Assembly: GCA_000431975.1 (NCBI GenBank)
Contig: HF988582.1
Location: 1,946-65,945 of the forward strand
Reading direction: 5' to 3'
Length of the DNA stretch: 64,000 nucleotides
Origin: Prevotella sp. CAG:924
GTDB taxonomy: Bacteria > Bacteroidota > Bacteroidia > Bacteroidales > Bacteroidaceae
Position 1 is the first letter of the stretch. The number at the start of each line of letters is the position of its first letter. The notes below the pieces were generated by a model, which saw nothing but the letters and a program-made list of their open reading frames with translations, made no database searches and was not told the DNA's origin. Positions 8,539 through 17,848 of this stretch are shown here, in pieces. Made by a program: the position numbers and the translations under genes.

Positions 8539-9003
8539 TTAGTTGAAGTAATAAAGGAATGTTGCTACGCCTTCGAGGGCAGGCTTACGCTGTCCTTCAA
8601 TTTCAATGGTGAAGGAGATCTCAGCCTTGCAGATACCGCGGAGATTCTCGATGCTCTTCAGTGTGGCATTGAGACGGATGCGGCTGCCGGTGAGTACAGG
8701 CTTGCCGAAGCGCATCTTGTCCATACCGTAGTTGACCATCATCTTCAGGTTGTTCACCTCGATGATCTGTCCCCACAGGTGAGGGAGCAGCGAGAGGGTG
8801 AGGTAGCCGTGTGCGATGGTGCTCTTGTAGGGGCTTTCAACCTTTGCACGCTCAGGATCGACGTGTATCCACTGATGATCGAGTGTAGCGTCGGCAAACT
8901 GGTTGATACGGTCCTGATCTACGGTCAGCCAGTCACTTACGCCCAGCTGCTGTCCTAGATGAGATGCGAATTCCTCGTAGGAATTAATAATAAGTTTACT
9001 CAT
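8539..9003 (-). CDS. MaoC-like (R)-specific enoyl-CoA hydratase, hotdog fold
   Basis: 154 aa with a conserved hotdog dehydratase core (HVDPERAK...STIAHGYLTLSL). Confidence 0.8.
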   Translation of the reverse strand: MSKLIINSYEEFASHLGQQLGVSDWLTVDQDRINQFADATLDHQWIHVDPERAKVESPYKSTIAHGYLTLSLLPHLWGQIIEVNNLKMMVNYGMDKMRFGKPVLTGSRIRLNATLKSIENLRGICKAEISFTIEIEGQRKPALEGVATFLYYFN

Positions 9004-9206
9004 TGTTGGTTGTTGAAGATTTATTTATGATATTGGTTAATTTCGTTATGGTTGTTGTCCCATTGCTGTCTGTTGGCAGAGGAAGTTGCCGGCATCTTTT
9101 CCTTTTTCTGTCGCTGTTCTCCTGTGCCAGGCAGTCGGGCTTTTTATTCCAGCCCTACGGGTATCGTGTGGGCAGGAAGAGAGCTCGGCAGCCTGATGCG
9201 CGGGCC

Positions 9207-11429
9207 TTATAGTCGCTCCACCTGCTTAACGCCTTTCACGGTTCTGATTTTCTTGATGAGCTGTTGCAGGCGGGATGTGTCTTCGAGCAGCACTTCCAGA
9301 TTACCGGAGAAGAGGCCATCGTTGGAATCGATGTTGATGGAGCGCATCACGATTTTCTCTTCTTTGGAAATGATATTCGTAATGTTAGAGATAATGCCGA
9401 TATCATCGTTGCCGACGACATGCAGGGTGATGCTATATTGTGATGTGCCTTTTCCACTCCAGCGGGCGCGTACGATGCGGTAGCCGAATCGGCGTCGCAT
9501 TTCCGGTGCGTTGGGACAGTCTGTACGGTGGATCTTTATTCCGCCGTTGACAGTGACAAATCCGAAGATCTTGTCACCGTAGATGGGATGGCAGCAGGGG
9601 GCGAGCTGATAGTCGATACCTTTTAGATTACGGTCGATAGTAAGCACATCCTCGTTGCCGTAGGTCTTCTCTTCCTCTTCGCTTTCAAACTTGAATCCTT
9701 CTGCCGAACGTGTCTCCTTTTCTTTGCTATTGTTCTGATGGTCACGTAGTTCCAGATAGAGGTCAAGGACGTGATTGGGATCGAGTTTGTCGTCTGCTAT
9801 CTGCTTGTAGAAGTCGGACACCTCTTTGAAGCCCATCTTTTTGATGAGATGGCCCATAAGGCTTTCTTCTATCTCGATCTTCCTGTTCTTGAAGCGACGC
9901 TCCAGCAGTTCTTTGGCGTAGAGACCATCCTTTGCTTGGGTTTCCTTGAGAGCCAGACGTATCTTGGCTTTGGCCTTGGGAGTCTTGGCGATGTTGAGCC
10001 AGTCGTGCTTAGGTGTCTGAGAGTTTTGTGTGAGCACTTCCACGGAATCACCCGAATGGAGTTCTTCGCGCATCGGCACGACACGTCCGTTGATCTTTCC
10101 GCCTACGCAACTGTTACCGATCTTAGAATGGATGCGGTAGGCGAAGTCGAGTACCGTTGCACCGGCAGGAAATTTATACAGGTCGCCTTTTGGGGTGAAT
10201 ACATAGATCTCTTCCGGTGTGAGCGAGCGGGTGAACTGGTCCATTACCTGCAGGTTGTCGCCGGCCTCGAGGGCGGCGCGTATGTTGGCGAGCCAGTCGT
10301 CGAGCTGTCCTTCAGCCTTGATGCCTTTGTAGCGCCAGTGGGCTGCAAGACCGTGTTCGGCAATCTCGTCCATGCGTTCGGTGCGGATCTGCACTTCCAC
10401 CCATTTCTTCTCCGGTCCGAGCACGGTGATATGCAGACACTCGTAGCCGTTCGATTTTGGTACGGAGAGCCAGTCGCGTAGTCGTTTCGGGTTAGGCTGA
10501 TACATATCCGTGACGATAGAGTAGACCTGCCAGCACTGCAGTTTCTCCTTGTCGAGTGGTGAGTCGAGGATAATGCGGATGGCGAATAGGTCGTAGATGC
10601 CCTCAAAGCCGCATTTTTGTTTCTTCATCTTTTGCCAGATGGAGTGGATCGACTTTGTGCGTCCCTTGATGTGGAATTTCAGTCCGGCCTGTTCGAGCCG
10701 TTCCTGTATAGGTCCTATGAAGCGGGCTATATAGGCGTCACGCGTACGTTTGGTGGCGTTGAGTTTTTCCTTGATCATGTAGTAAGCGTCGTGCTCCAGA
10801 TATTTGAGCGACAGGTCCTCCAGCTCGCTTTTCAGCTTATAGAGTCCGAGCTTGTGGGCGAGTGGAGCATAGAGATAGCTGGCCTCTTCACTCACTTCGC
10901 GACGGGCATCAGTGTTGGGTGTGTCGCGTATCTGTCGCATGAGATTCACACGGTCGGCGATCATGATTAGGATGACCCGCATGTCCTCGGCGAAGCTCAG
11001 TAGCAGGTTACGGAAGTTCTCACTCTGTATGACAGGGTTTTTCTCGTAGAGGCGTTGGATTTTCACCAGTCCGTGGATGATGCGCTGAACATTCTCGCCG
11101 TAGCAGTCGAGTATATGTTGTTTGGTTTTCTCCTCGTCAAGATTGTCGATGAGAATGCCATAGAGCAGGGTGGCCAGAATGCCGTCGCGCCGCAGTCCGA
11201 TTTCGTCTACCGTGATGGCAGTTGTCTGCAATGCTCGCAGCACAGGGTTCAGATCGAACACATCACGGTAGATGTGTCCTTCTCGTAAGGCGTGCAGGAC
11301 ATCGGAGAGCAATTGGCGCTCATCACCGGGGTGCATGGTTGTCCCCGCCACATCGCGCAGATGAGCCACGATGTCGCGGGCCTGCTGTTCTTCTTCAGAA
11401 GTAAATTGAAGTATCTTTCTCATAGACAT
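9207..11429 (-). CDS. relA: bifunctional (p)ppGpp synthetase/hydrolase, RelA/SpoT homologue
   Basis: 740 aa with an HD hydrolase domain, a nucleotidyltransferase synthetase domain, TGS (GDSVEV...) and a C-terminal ACT domain. A TAACTTTG -7 box lies 24 nt upstream on the minus strand. Confidence 0.9.
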   Translation of the reverse strand: MSMRKILQFTSEEEQQARDIVAHLRDVAGTTMHPGDERQLLSDVLHALREGHIYRDVFDLNPVLRALQTTAITVDEIGLRRDGILATLLYGILIDNLDEEKTKQHILDCYGENVQRIIHGLVKIQRLYEKNPVIQSENFRNLLLSFAEDMRVILIMIADRVNLMRQIRDTPNTDARREVSEEASYLYAPLAHKLGLYKLKSELEDLSLKYLEHDAYYMIKEKLNATKRTRDAYIARFIGPIQERLEQAGLKFHIKGRTKSIHSIWQKMKKQKCGFEGIYDLFAIRIILDSPLDKEKLQCWQVYSIVTDMYQPNPKRLRDWLSVPKSNGYECLHITVLGPEKKWVEVQIRTERMDEIAEHGLAAHWRYKGIKAEGQLDDWLANIRAALEAGDNLQVMDQFTRSLTPEEIYVFTPKGDLYKFPAGATVLDFAYRIHSKIGNSCVGGKINGRVVPMREELHSGDSVEVLTQNSQTPKHDWLNIAKTPKAKAKIRLALKETQAKDGLYAKELLERRFKNRKIEIEESLMGHLIKKMGFKEVSDFYKQIADDKLDPNHVLDLYLELRDHQNNSKEKETRSAEGFKFESEEEEKTYGNEDVLTIDRNLKGIDYQLAPCCHPIYGDKIFGFVTVNGGIKIHRTDCPNAPEMRRRFGYRIVRARWSGKGTSQYSITLHVVGNDDIGIISNITNIISKEEKIVMRSINIDSNDGLFSGNLEVLLEDTSRLQQLIKKIRTVKGVKQVERL

Positions 11430-11490
11430 AATCGCTTACTAAATTGCAAAGTTAATGATTTTTCCTTGCCAAGGCAAAGAATATAAGACA

Positions 11491-11550
11491 ATTTAAAAAA
11501 TCGCAGAAACCGGCGGGTGTCCTATTTGTCATAGAGATCCTACCGGTTTC
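11491..11550 (-). terminator. Possible terminator after the AGCS symporter gene (minus strand)
   Basis: A GAAACCGG...CCGGTTTC stem is followed by T6 on the minus strand. The stem is weak and the loop long. Confidence 0.3.
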
Positions 11551-11608
11551 CATTTCATTCTTAAGCCCTGTCGGTTGCGGCTGAATTTGCAGTGTATGGA
11601 ACTGTCTT

Positions 11609-12973
11609 TTATACTTCCATTGTGTCGTCCGTTTCGTCGAGCCTCCCGCTCCATAGATAGCGGTTGGTCTCACGGGCGATGATACCGCTTAGGAGCAGGA
11701 GTGAGATGAGGTTGGGCAGTGCCATGAGGGCATTGAAGCAGTCGGCGATGTTCCATACCATGCCGAGACTTACGACGCTGCCCACAAAGAGGGCGATGAT
11801 GAATAGGATGCGGTAGATGAGCGTGGCGTGATTGCCTGCCAGGTACTCCATGGCACGTTCGCCGTAATAGCTCCAGCCGAGGATGGTTGAGAAGGCAAAT
11901 GTTACCAGTCCGATGCTCAGCAAGGGTGTGCCGATGACGGGTATCTTTGAGAATGCGGCATGGGTAAGTGTGCCGCCATCGGTGTAGTTGATGTCTGGAT
12001 AGGCGATGACAGAGCTTACCACGACGATGCCAGTGAGGGCGCAGATCACCACAGTGTCCCAGAATGTGCCCGAGGAGCTGACGAGAGCCTGTCTGACGGG
12101 ATTGCGTGTCTGTGCGGCGGCGGCTACGATGGGTGCGCTGCCGAGTCCCGATTCATTGGAGAACAGGCCGCGTGCGATGCCGTAGCGGGCCGCGAGCATA
12201 AGGGTGGAACCGGCAAAGCCGCCACCGGCAGCGTGTGCTGTGAAGGCCGAAGAGAAGATAAGTTTGATGGCCGGCCATACGTAGGCGGAGTTGATGATAA
12301 GGATATAGATGCAGCCTACTACATAGAACAGGGCCATGAAAGGTACGAGCCATCCACAGACGCGTGCGATGCTCTTTACGCCGCCTATGATGACGGTACC
12401 GGTGAGGGCGGCTACGCACAATCCGACAATCCAGGGAGTCACTCCGTAGCTCTCATGAAGCACGGTGGCGATGGCGTTGGCCTGTACGGTATTGCCGATG
12501 CCGAAGGCGGCGATAGCCGTGAAAAGGGCGAAGAGAATTCCCAGCCATTTGGCGTGCAGGCCGCGTTCGAGAGCGTACATCGGACCTCCCAGCATCTTTC
12601 CTTCTGTTGTCTTCACTCGATATTTGATGGCCAGCAGACCTTCTGAGTATTTGGTGGCAATGCCGAAGATACCTGTCAGCCAGCACCAGAGCACGGCGCC
12701 CGGACCACCGAGGGCAATGGCAGTGGCTACGCCGACAATGTTGCCGGTACCGATGGTTGCTGCTAAGGCTGTGGCAAGAGCTCCAAATTGCGAGACATCG
12801 CCCTGAGCCTCCTTATCGTGCTGTACGCTCAGACGGATGGCGGTAAAAATCTTGCGCTGAGGCAGCTTCAGACGAAGAGTTAAAAACAGGTGCGTACCTA
12901 GAAGGAAAATAATCATTGGCCAACCCCACAATAGTTGACTTAATGTCTCGAAAAATGTGCTCAATGCTTCCAT
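11609..12973 (-). CDS. alanine/glycine:cation (Na+) symporter, AGCS family
   Basis: 454 aa with about 11 transmembrane segments and the AGCS signature region (FGALATALAATIGTGNIVGVATAIALGGPGA). The -7 box TATATTTG lies about 25 nt upstream. Confidence 0.85.
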   Translation of the reverse strand: MEALSTFFETLSQLLWGWPMIIFLLGTHLFLTLRLKLPQRKIFTAIRLSVQHDKEAQGDVSQFGALATALAATIGTGNIVGVATAIALGGPGAVLWCWLTGIFGIATKYSEGLLAIKYRVKTTEGKMLGGPMYALERGLHAKWLGILFALFTAIAAFGIGNTVQANAIATVLHESYGVTPWIVGLCVAALTGTVIIGGVKSIARVCGWLVPFMALFYVVGCIYILIINSAYVWPAIKLIFSSAFTAHAAGGGFAGSTLMLAARYGIARGLFSNESGLGSAPIVAAAAQTRNPVRQALVSSSGTFWDTVVICALTGIVVVSSVIAYPDINYTDGGTLTHAAFSKIPVIGTPLLSIGLVTFAFSTILGWSYYGERAMEYLAGNHATLIYRILFIIALFVGSVVSLGMVWNIADCFNALMALPNLISLLLLSGIIARETNRYLWSGRLDETDDTMEV

Positions 12974-13106
12974 ATTGCCACTTTTATTTTGATTTTGGTG
13001 GCAAATATAATTAAAATATATGAAATCAACAACCTTTTTACATTATATTTGTTGCTATATGTTACAATTGGTTCTATTTTTTGTTCAGGAAAGATAGGTA
13101 AATAGC

Positions 13107-13148
13107 TGCTAGATTTATCAAAGACTTTTATAAATTAAATTACTGAAT
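13107..13148 (+). repeat. X repeat, copy B (partial)
   Basis: GCTAGATTTATCAAAGACTTTTATAAATTAAATTACTGAAT matches the core of copy C and overlaps the stop codon of the GT8 gene. Confidence 0.5.
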
Positions 13149-13982
13149 CATTAGCCATGGAGTTAAATCTAGATAATAAAAATAAAGACTTTTGTAAGGA
13201 TGCAGGGATTTATATTGCCAAGGTTTTTTCCCACCTGTATAATGTATGATCACAGGATGAAGCAGTTCTTGATCTAACATTTCAATTGATTCTGAACGAA
13301 TGCGACGTTTACGGCGTAAGAAACCATCCTGTACATTATAACGAAATGGTAAAAATACCCTACTATTATGAAGCAGAGCATTTAATACATCTTGATCGTA
13401 AAACACTAAATTATTACCGTTCTTAGCGATATAATCAAGTGCTTTATACATCAATTTCTTTTCTCTCCAATAATCTAAATTAATCAATAGGACGCCTGAA
13501 TTAAAATATGAATCAGATGAAGGATAGTGCAAACGTTTATAGTTATCTTCTTTACCGCTCCACATATCTTCTACACAAGCTACAGAAAAGTTTTTTAAAT
13601 TTGTCTTCCAAAGTTCTTCTATTGAACCAATAACTACCAAATCACAATCTAAATACAAGACTTTATGTATTTCCAATGGCAATAGGTTGCCTAAGAATAT
13701 CCTATAGTAAGCAGCCAAAGAGATATGAGAACCTGCTGCATATCGAGGACAATCTTTTACCAAATTTATGTCTACATAATAAAATTGTACTTTTTGGTGA
13801 TATCTATTTTCAATGAATTCCACTATTTTACTTTTACTTTCACTTGACAATTTTTCGGTAATTATATGTATATGAAAACTAACATTCTGATTATTTTCAA
13901 ATAGAGATGTCAGCATAACTATGCAATACTTCACATAAGAAGTATCAATATTGCAAGCGATGTGTATTGTTTCTTTTGGCAT
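13140..13982 (-). CDS. glycosyltransferase family 8 (LPS alpha-1,3/1,2 glycosyltransferase-like)
   Basis: 280 aa with GT8 motifs (YCIVMLTSL..., DCDLVV, HYTGGKKPW). It lies in a region of about 30% GC, very different from the flanks. Confidence 0.8.
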   Translation of the reverse strand: MPKETIHIACNIDTSYVKYCIVMLTSLFENNQNVSFHIHIITEKLSSESKSKIVEFIENRYHQKVQFYYVDINLVKDCPRYAAGSHISLAAYYRIFLGNLLPLEIHKVLYLDCDLVVIGSIEELWKTNLKNFSVACVEDMWSGKEDNYKRLHYPSSDSYFNSGVLLINLDYWREKKLMYKALDYIAKNGNNLVFYDQDVLNALLHNSRVFLPFRYNVQDGFLRRKRRIRSESIEMLDQELLHPVIIHYTGGKKPWQYKSLHPYKSLYFYYLDLTPWLMIQ

Positions 13983-14049
13983 TTTTAAAATATTGTTTTT
14001 TTGATATAGTTGGATAATTCGGCAAGTTTCTCAGCCTAAAGGTAAGAAA

Positions 14050-14113
14050 ACTTGCAGATTTATCAAAGAATTTTATAAATTAAATTACTGAATACCAGTA
14101 AATAAGTACATTT
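14050..14113 (+). repeat. X repeat, copy C
   Basis: Direct repeat of copy B and inverted repeat of copy A. It is preceded by a short palindrome (GCAAGTTTCT...AGAAAACTTGC). Confidence 0.6.
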
Positions 14114-14134
14114 TTAAAGGACGACTAATTATAT

Positions 14135-15187
14135 TTACTTGTTTGTTGAGTTTATGTTGCTAAGTAAATCGAGTTGTCTTTCGGCTTCTTTCAATGCTTT
14201 CTTGAAGAAGTACCCTTTGGCTATGAGATTACTTATGCGTTCGACATTAGCTTGCATTTCGGCATATTGTTCTTGGGTAATCTTTGGCAGGATAGTGTCC
14301 AGTTCTTTAAGCGAATCGATACATAGGCCGATGCCGTGCTTGCTTACAAATGGTGCCAGAGCGGCCTGTTTCCATATTATTACGGGTAGTGAGCAGCGCA
14401 AATAGAGCGATGTCTTGTGCGGATTGTTAATTTTGAGATATTCGCCCCAATCGCCTGTGCATCCGTCTTCTGAGGCTCCATCCCATACCAGTCCAAAATG
14501 TCCACGTACCGTAGCTATAAGTTCATTGGACTTTACAAATCCCATTATGTCAAATTTGTCGGCACCCTCGGCCTTGTCTATTTCGAATCCGTTACCATAG
14601 AGCCTTACCTTGAACGAATTTATGTATTTTCCCCAATGATAAAGAAACATGTTCTTTCTCGGGTTGAGTGCTCCTGCATACACTACGGTGAGGTCTGTGC
14701 TGTAGGTTTGATTCTGTGCCTTGGTGTCTGATAGATAGTCCCATATGCCTAGGGTGCCTACCAGGGCTTTGCAATGATGTTCCTCAATCCATTTCTTCAT
14801 ATTATCGTTGAGCGCTATGATATAGTCAGCATGGTTGAGTCTTCTTATCTCCTCGTCTGGTGTAATGGCCTTGCGACGGAAGCTTCCGAGGTCATGCACG
14901 AGCACTATCACCTGAATGTTTTTCAGATGTGCTATGCGGCATACGAACGTGAAATATTTCTTAAAAGGATACTGCAATATCAGTCTGTCCCCTCTCTTCA
15001 TGCAGAATATCGATTTGATGACGCTGAAGAGGGTGATGAAGAAGTGTGGTAGAACGTTTTTGGATATGCTCTGAGGCAGGCCGACATTTCTGAAGTTCAT
15101 GTCTTTCATAATCTTCTCCATGTCAGTCTTTGCCTTATTTCCAGCACTATCTAATCCCTTGTAGTTACGCGATAGATAACAATTCAT
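14135..15187 (-). CDS. putative glycosyltransferase (GT-B-like), family unassigned
   Basis: 350 aa, AT-rich, adjacent to the GT8 gene and in the same orientation. The family could not be pinned down from sequence alone. Confidence 0.5.
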   Translation of the reverse strand: MNCYLSRNYKGLDSAGNKAKTDMEKIMKDMNFRNVGLPQSISKNVLPHFFITLFSVIKSIFCMKRGDRLILQYPFKKYFTFVCRIAHLKNIQVIVLVHDLGSFRRKAITPDEEIRRLNHADYIIALNDNMKKWIEEHHCKALVGTLGIWDYLSDTKAQNQTYSTDLTVVYAGALNPRKNMFLYHWGKYINSFKVRLYGNGFEIDKAEGADKFDIMGFVKSNELIATVRGHFGLVWDGASEDGCTGDWGEYLKINNPHKTSLYLRCSLPVIIWKQAALAPFVSKHGIGLCIDSLKELDTILPKITQEQYAEMQANVERISNLIAKGYFFKKALKEAERQLDLLSNINSTNK

Positions 15188-15808
15188 ATTATATCAGAAT
15201 TAAAATCATTACTGTTGTTCAGGTTGAATATTTTATGGTGTGTGACTTTCAGCTTTTTATCTGTTTGCCGATCTCTGAAAGTTTCTTGAATTTGTGTTAC
15301 GGCCCGACAATAGTCTTTCGATGAGCATATGGCTGTCCATATGAACGATTTCGTGATGTGCCGTCTTTATCAAGTGTCCTCTTACCGTTGTGAATCCACA
15401 AAATTAAATTACAATATGTCAAAGATAGCAATAAAATCTGAAAAACTCAATTCTTTTGAGAAATATTTTCCATTATGAATAAATTTGCCCTCCAATTTCT
15501 TGGTCATAGACCTCATTGGATTAATATTTTACCATTGTGGATATATGTTCATTAGGTTGCTTATGGGTGAGGATGCAATTGTATGGAAAACGGTTTCCAC
15601 CGTCTTTTGACATCTCTTAGCTTACAAATTTCATTGCAGTCATTTTCCTTTGTCAGGCAAGGATTGTTGAATAGTGACGGAAAGTTGTTCGCGGACATTA
15701 GAGAGATGCTCTCCTTTTTCCTTTTCTGTTGACTGAAAATAATTTAAATACTTGTTTACTCAGCGGAAAATACGTACCTTTGCGGCCATATTATAGTCAG
15801 ACATTCGA

Positions 15809-16804
15809 ATGAAGATTCTTATCACCGGAGCCAGCGGGTTCATCGGCAGTTTTATCGTGGAGGAGGCTCTTGCCCATGGATTTGAGACGTGGGCTGCCGT
15901 TCGTCCTACGAGTAGTCGCCGTTATCTGCAGGACAGTCGCATACACTTTATTAATCTTGATTTCAGTTCAGAAGCGAAGCTTATAGAATCCTTACGCAGC
16001 CATACATTCGACTATGTGGTCCATGCTGCTGGCGTAACCAAGGCGTTGAGAGAGTCAGACTTTTTCCGCGTCAATACGGAGGGTACGAAGCATCTGGTCG
16101 GAGCGTTATTGAAACTAGAAATGCCGTTGAAGCGCTTTGTCTATCTCTCTTCACTTTCTGTCTTTGGTGCCATCAGGGAGCAGCAACCCTATCAGGAGAT
16201 CACTGAGACGGATCAGCCTTGTCCCAATACGGCTTACGGCCGCAGTAAGATGGAGGCTGAGCAGTTTCTCGATAGTGTAGCTTCAAGATTGCCCTTTGTC
16301 GTATTGCGTCCTACGGGAGTCTACGGCCCGAGGGAGAAAGACTATTTCCTGATGGTGAAGAGCATCAGTCAGCATACCGATTTCGCGGTAGGTTTTAAAC
16401 GTCAGGACATTACGTTTGTCTATGTAGCCGATGTTGTGCAAGCTGTGTTCCTGGCTCTTGACCATGGTGGCAATGGCAGAAAATATTTTCTCAGCGATGG
16501 TGCCGTGTATCAGAGTTCAACCTTCAGCCGACTTATCCGCGAGGCTTTGGGCCGTCCGTGGTGGATTCGCATTACAGCCCCCATCTGGATGCTGCGTGTC
16601 GTGACGGCCGTCGGCGACCGCTGGATGCATCTTACCGGAAAGATGACGGCTCTCAACAATGACAAATACAACATCCTCCGGCAACGCAACTGGCGTTGTG
16701 ACATCACTCCGGCAGTAAACGAGTTGGGCTATCACCCCCAATATCCGCTTGAGAGAGGTGTGGCATTGACCGTGAAATGGTATAAGGAAAATAATTGGAT
16801 ATGA
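15809..16804 (+). CDS. NAD-dependent epimerase/dehydratase (SDR family)
   Basis: 331 aa with the Rossmann motif TGASGFIGS near the N-terminus and a YxxxK region. A TACCTTTG -7 box lies about 25 nt upstream. Confidence 0.85.
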   Translation: MKILITGASGFIGSFIVEEALAHGFETWAAVRPTSSRRYLQDSRIHFINLDFSSEAKLIESLRSHTFDYVVHAAGVTKALRESDFFRVNTEGTKHLVGALLKLEMPLKRFVYLSSLSVFGAIREQQPYQEITETDQPCPNTAYGRSKMEAEQFLDSVASRLPFVVLRPTGVYGPREKDYFLMVKSISQHTDFAVGFKRQDITFVYVADVVQAVFLALDHGGNGRKYFLSDGAVYQSSTFSRLIREALGRPWWIRITAPIWMLRVVTAVGDRWMHLTGKMTALNNDKYNILRQRNWRCDITPAVNELGYHPQYPLERGVALTVKWYKENNWI

Positions 16805-17784
16805 TCATATCATTGAAGAAATATATAACCATAGAAAAGAAACCGCACCGCGGTCTGATGCCGTTAGAGTGGACAGTACTGGGCTATGCCCTCTTCACGC
16901 TGTTGATGGTACTGTTCACTTATACGAAGTTGGAATCGCCCGAGGCTCTGATCTGGGGGCGTGTTCGTCTGTGTTTCATCACGCTGGCAGTATGGGCCGT
17001 CTATGAGCTGGTACCGTGTCGTGTGACAAGATTGTTGCGTGTTATTGTGCAGGGTGTGTTGCTTGCCATCTGGTATCCTGACACTTATGAGCTCAACCGG
17101 ATATTGCCCAATCTTGATCATCATTTCGCTGAGATTGACCAGATGCTCTTTGGCTGTCAACCGGCTTTGCTGTTCTCACAGCATTATCCTTCCCATGTGG
17201 TGAGTGAGCTGATGGATCTGGGCTATGCCTCCTATTATCCACTGATCATCCTCACGTTGCTTATCTTCTTTTTCGGTCAATACAAGAACTTTGAGCGGGC
17301 GGCATGGATCATCCTCGCCTCATTCTTCACCTATTATGTGATCTATGACGTATTGCCCGTTACCGGTCCTACGTTCTATTACAAGGCTGTAGGTATGAAG
17401 GATATAGTAGCCGGTACCTTCCCATCGTTGGGCGATTATTTCAACAGCCATCAGGACTGTCTGCCCGCACCGGGCTATACCGATGGCATTTTCTATCATC
17501 TCGTCGAGGGCGCCAAGGCGGCAGGAGAGCGGCCGACAGCCGCTTTCCCATCCTCACATGTCGGCGTGTCGACGGTGTGTCTGCTGTTGGTGATCTATAC
17601 GCGCTATTGGCGTTGGCTTTGGCTGTTCGTCCCTTTATATGTCCTGCTGTGTATGTCGACGGTGTACATTCAGGCCCATTACCTTGTTGATGCCCTTGCC
17701 GGCCTGGTTACGGGTATTGCCTTCTTCTATGTCGGCCTGGTGCTGACGAAGAGAATGAAAGGCTGTCAGGTGACCGTGCGCTGA
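16795..17784 (+). CDS. PAP2-superfamily membrane protein, possibly a lipid phosphatase or phosphoinositol-lipid synthase
   Basis: 329 aa, polytopic, with the PAP2 C2/C3 motifs FPSSH and SRx5/AHYLVDALAG. It overlaps the epimerase stop by 10 nt. Confidence 0.6.
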   Translation: MDMIISLKKYITIEKKPHRGLMPLEWTVLGYALFTLLMVLFTYTKLESPEALIWGRVRLCFITLAVWAVYELVPCRVTRLLRVIVQGVLLAIWYPDTYELNRILPNLDHHFAEIDQMLFGCQPALLFSQHYPSHVVSELMDLGYASYYPLIILTLLIFFFGQYKNFERAAWIILASFFTYYVIYDVLPVTGPTFYYKAVGMKDIVAGTFPSLGDYFNSHQDCLPAPGYTDGIFYHLVEGAKAAGERPTAAFPSSHVGVSTVCLLLVIYTRYWRWLWLFVPLYVLLCMSTVYIQAHYLVDALAGLVTGIAFFYVGLVLTKRMKGCQVTVR

Positions 17785-17848
17785 CCACGGCAAGGAGGGT
17801 GACGGGCGCTTATATCAATTCGTTTTAATATTCATCATTTTATATCCA

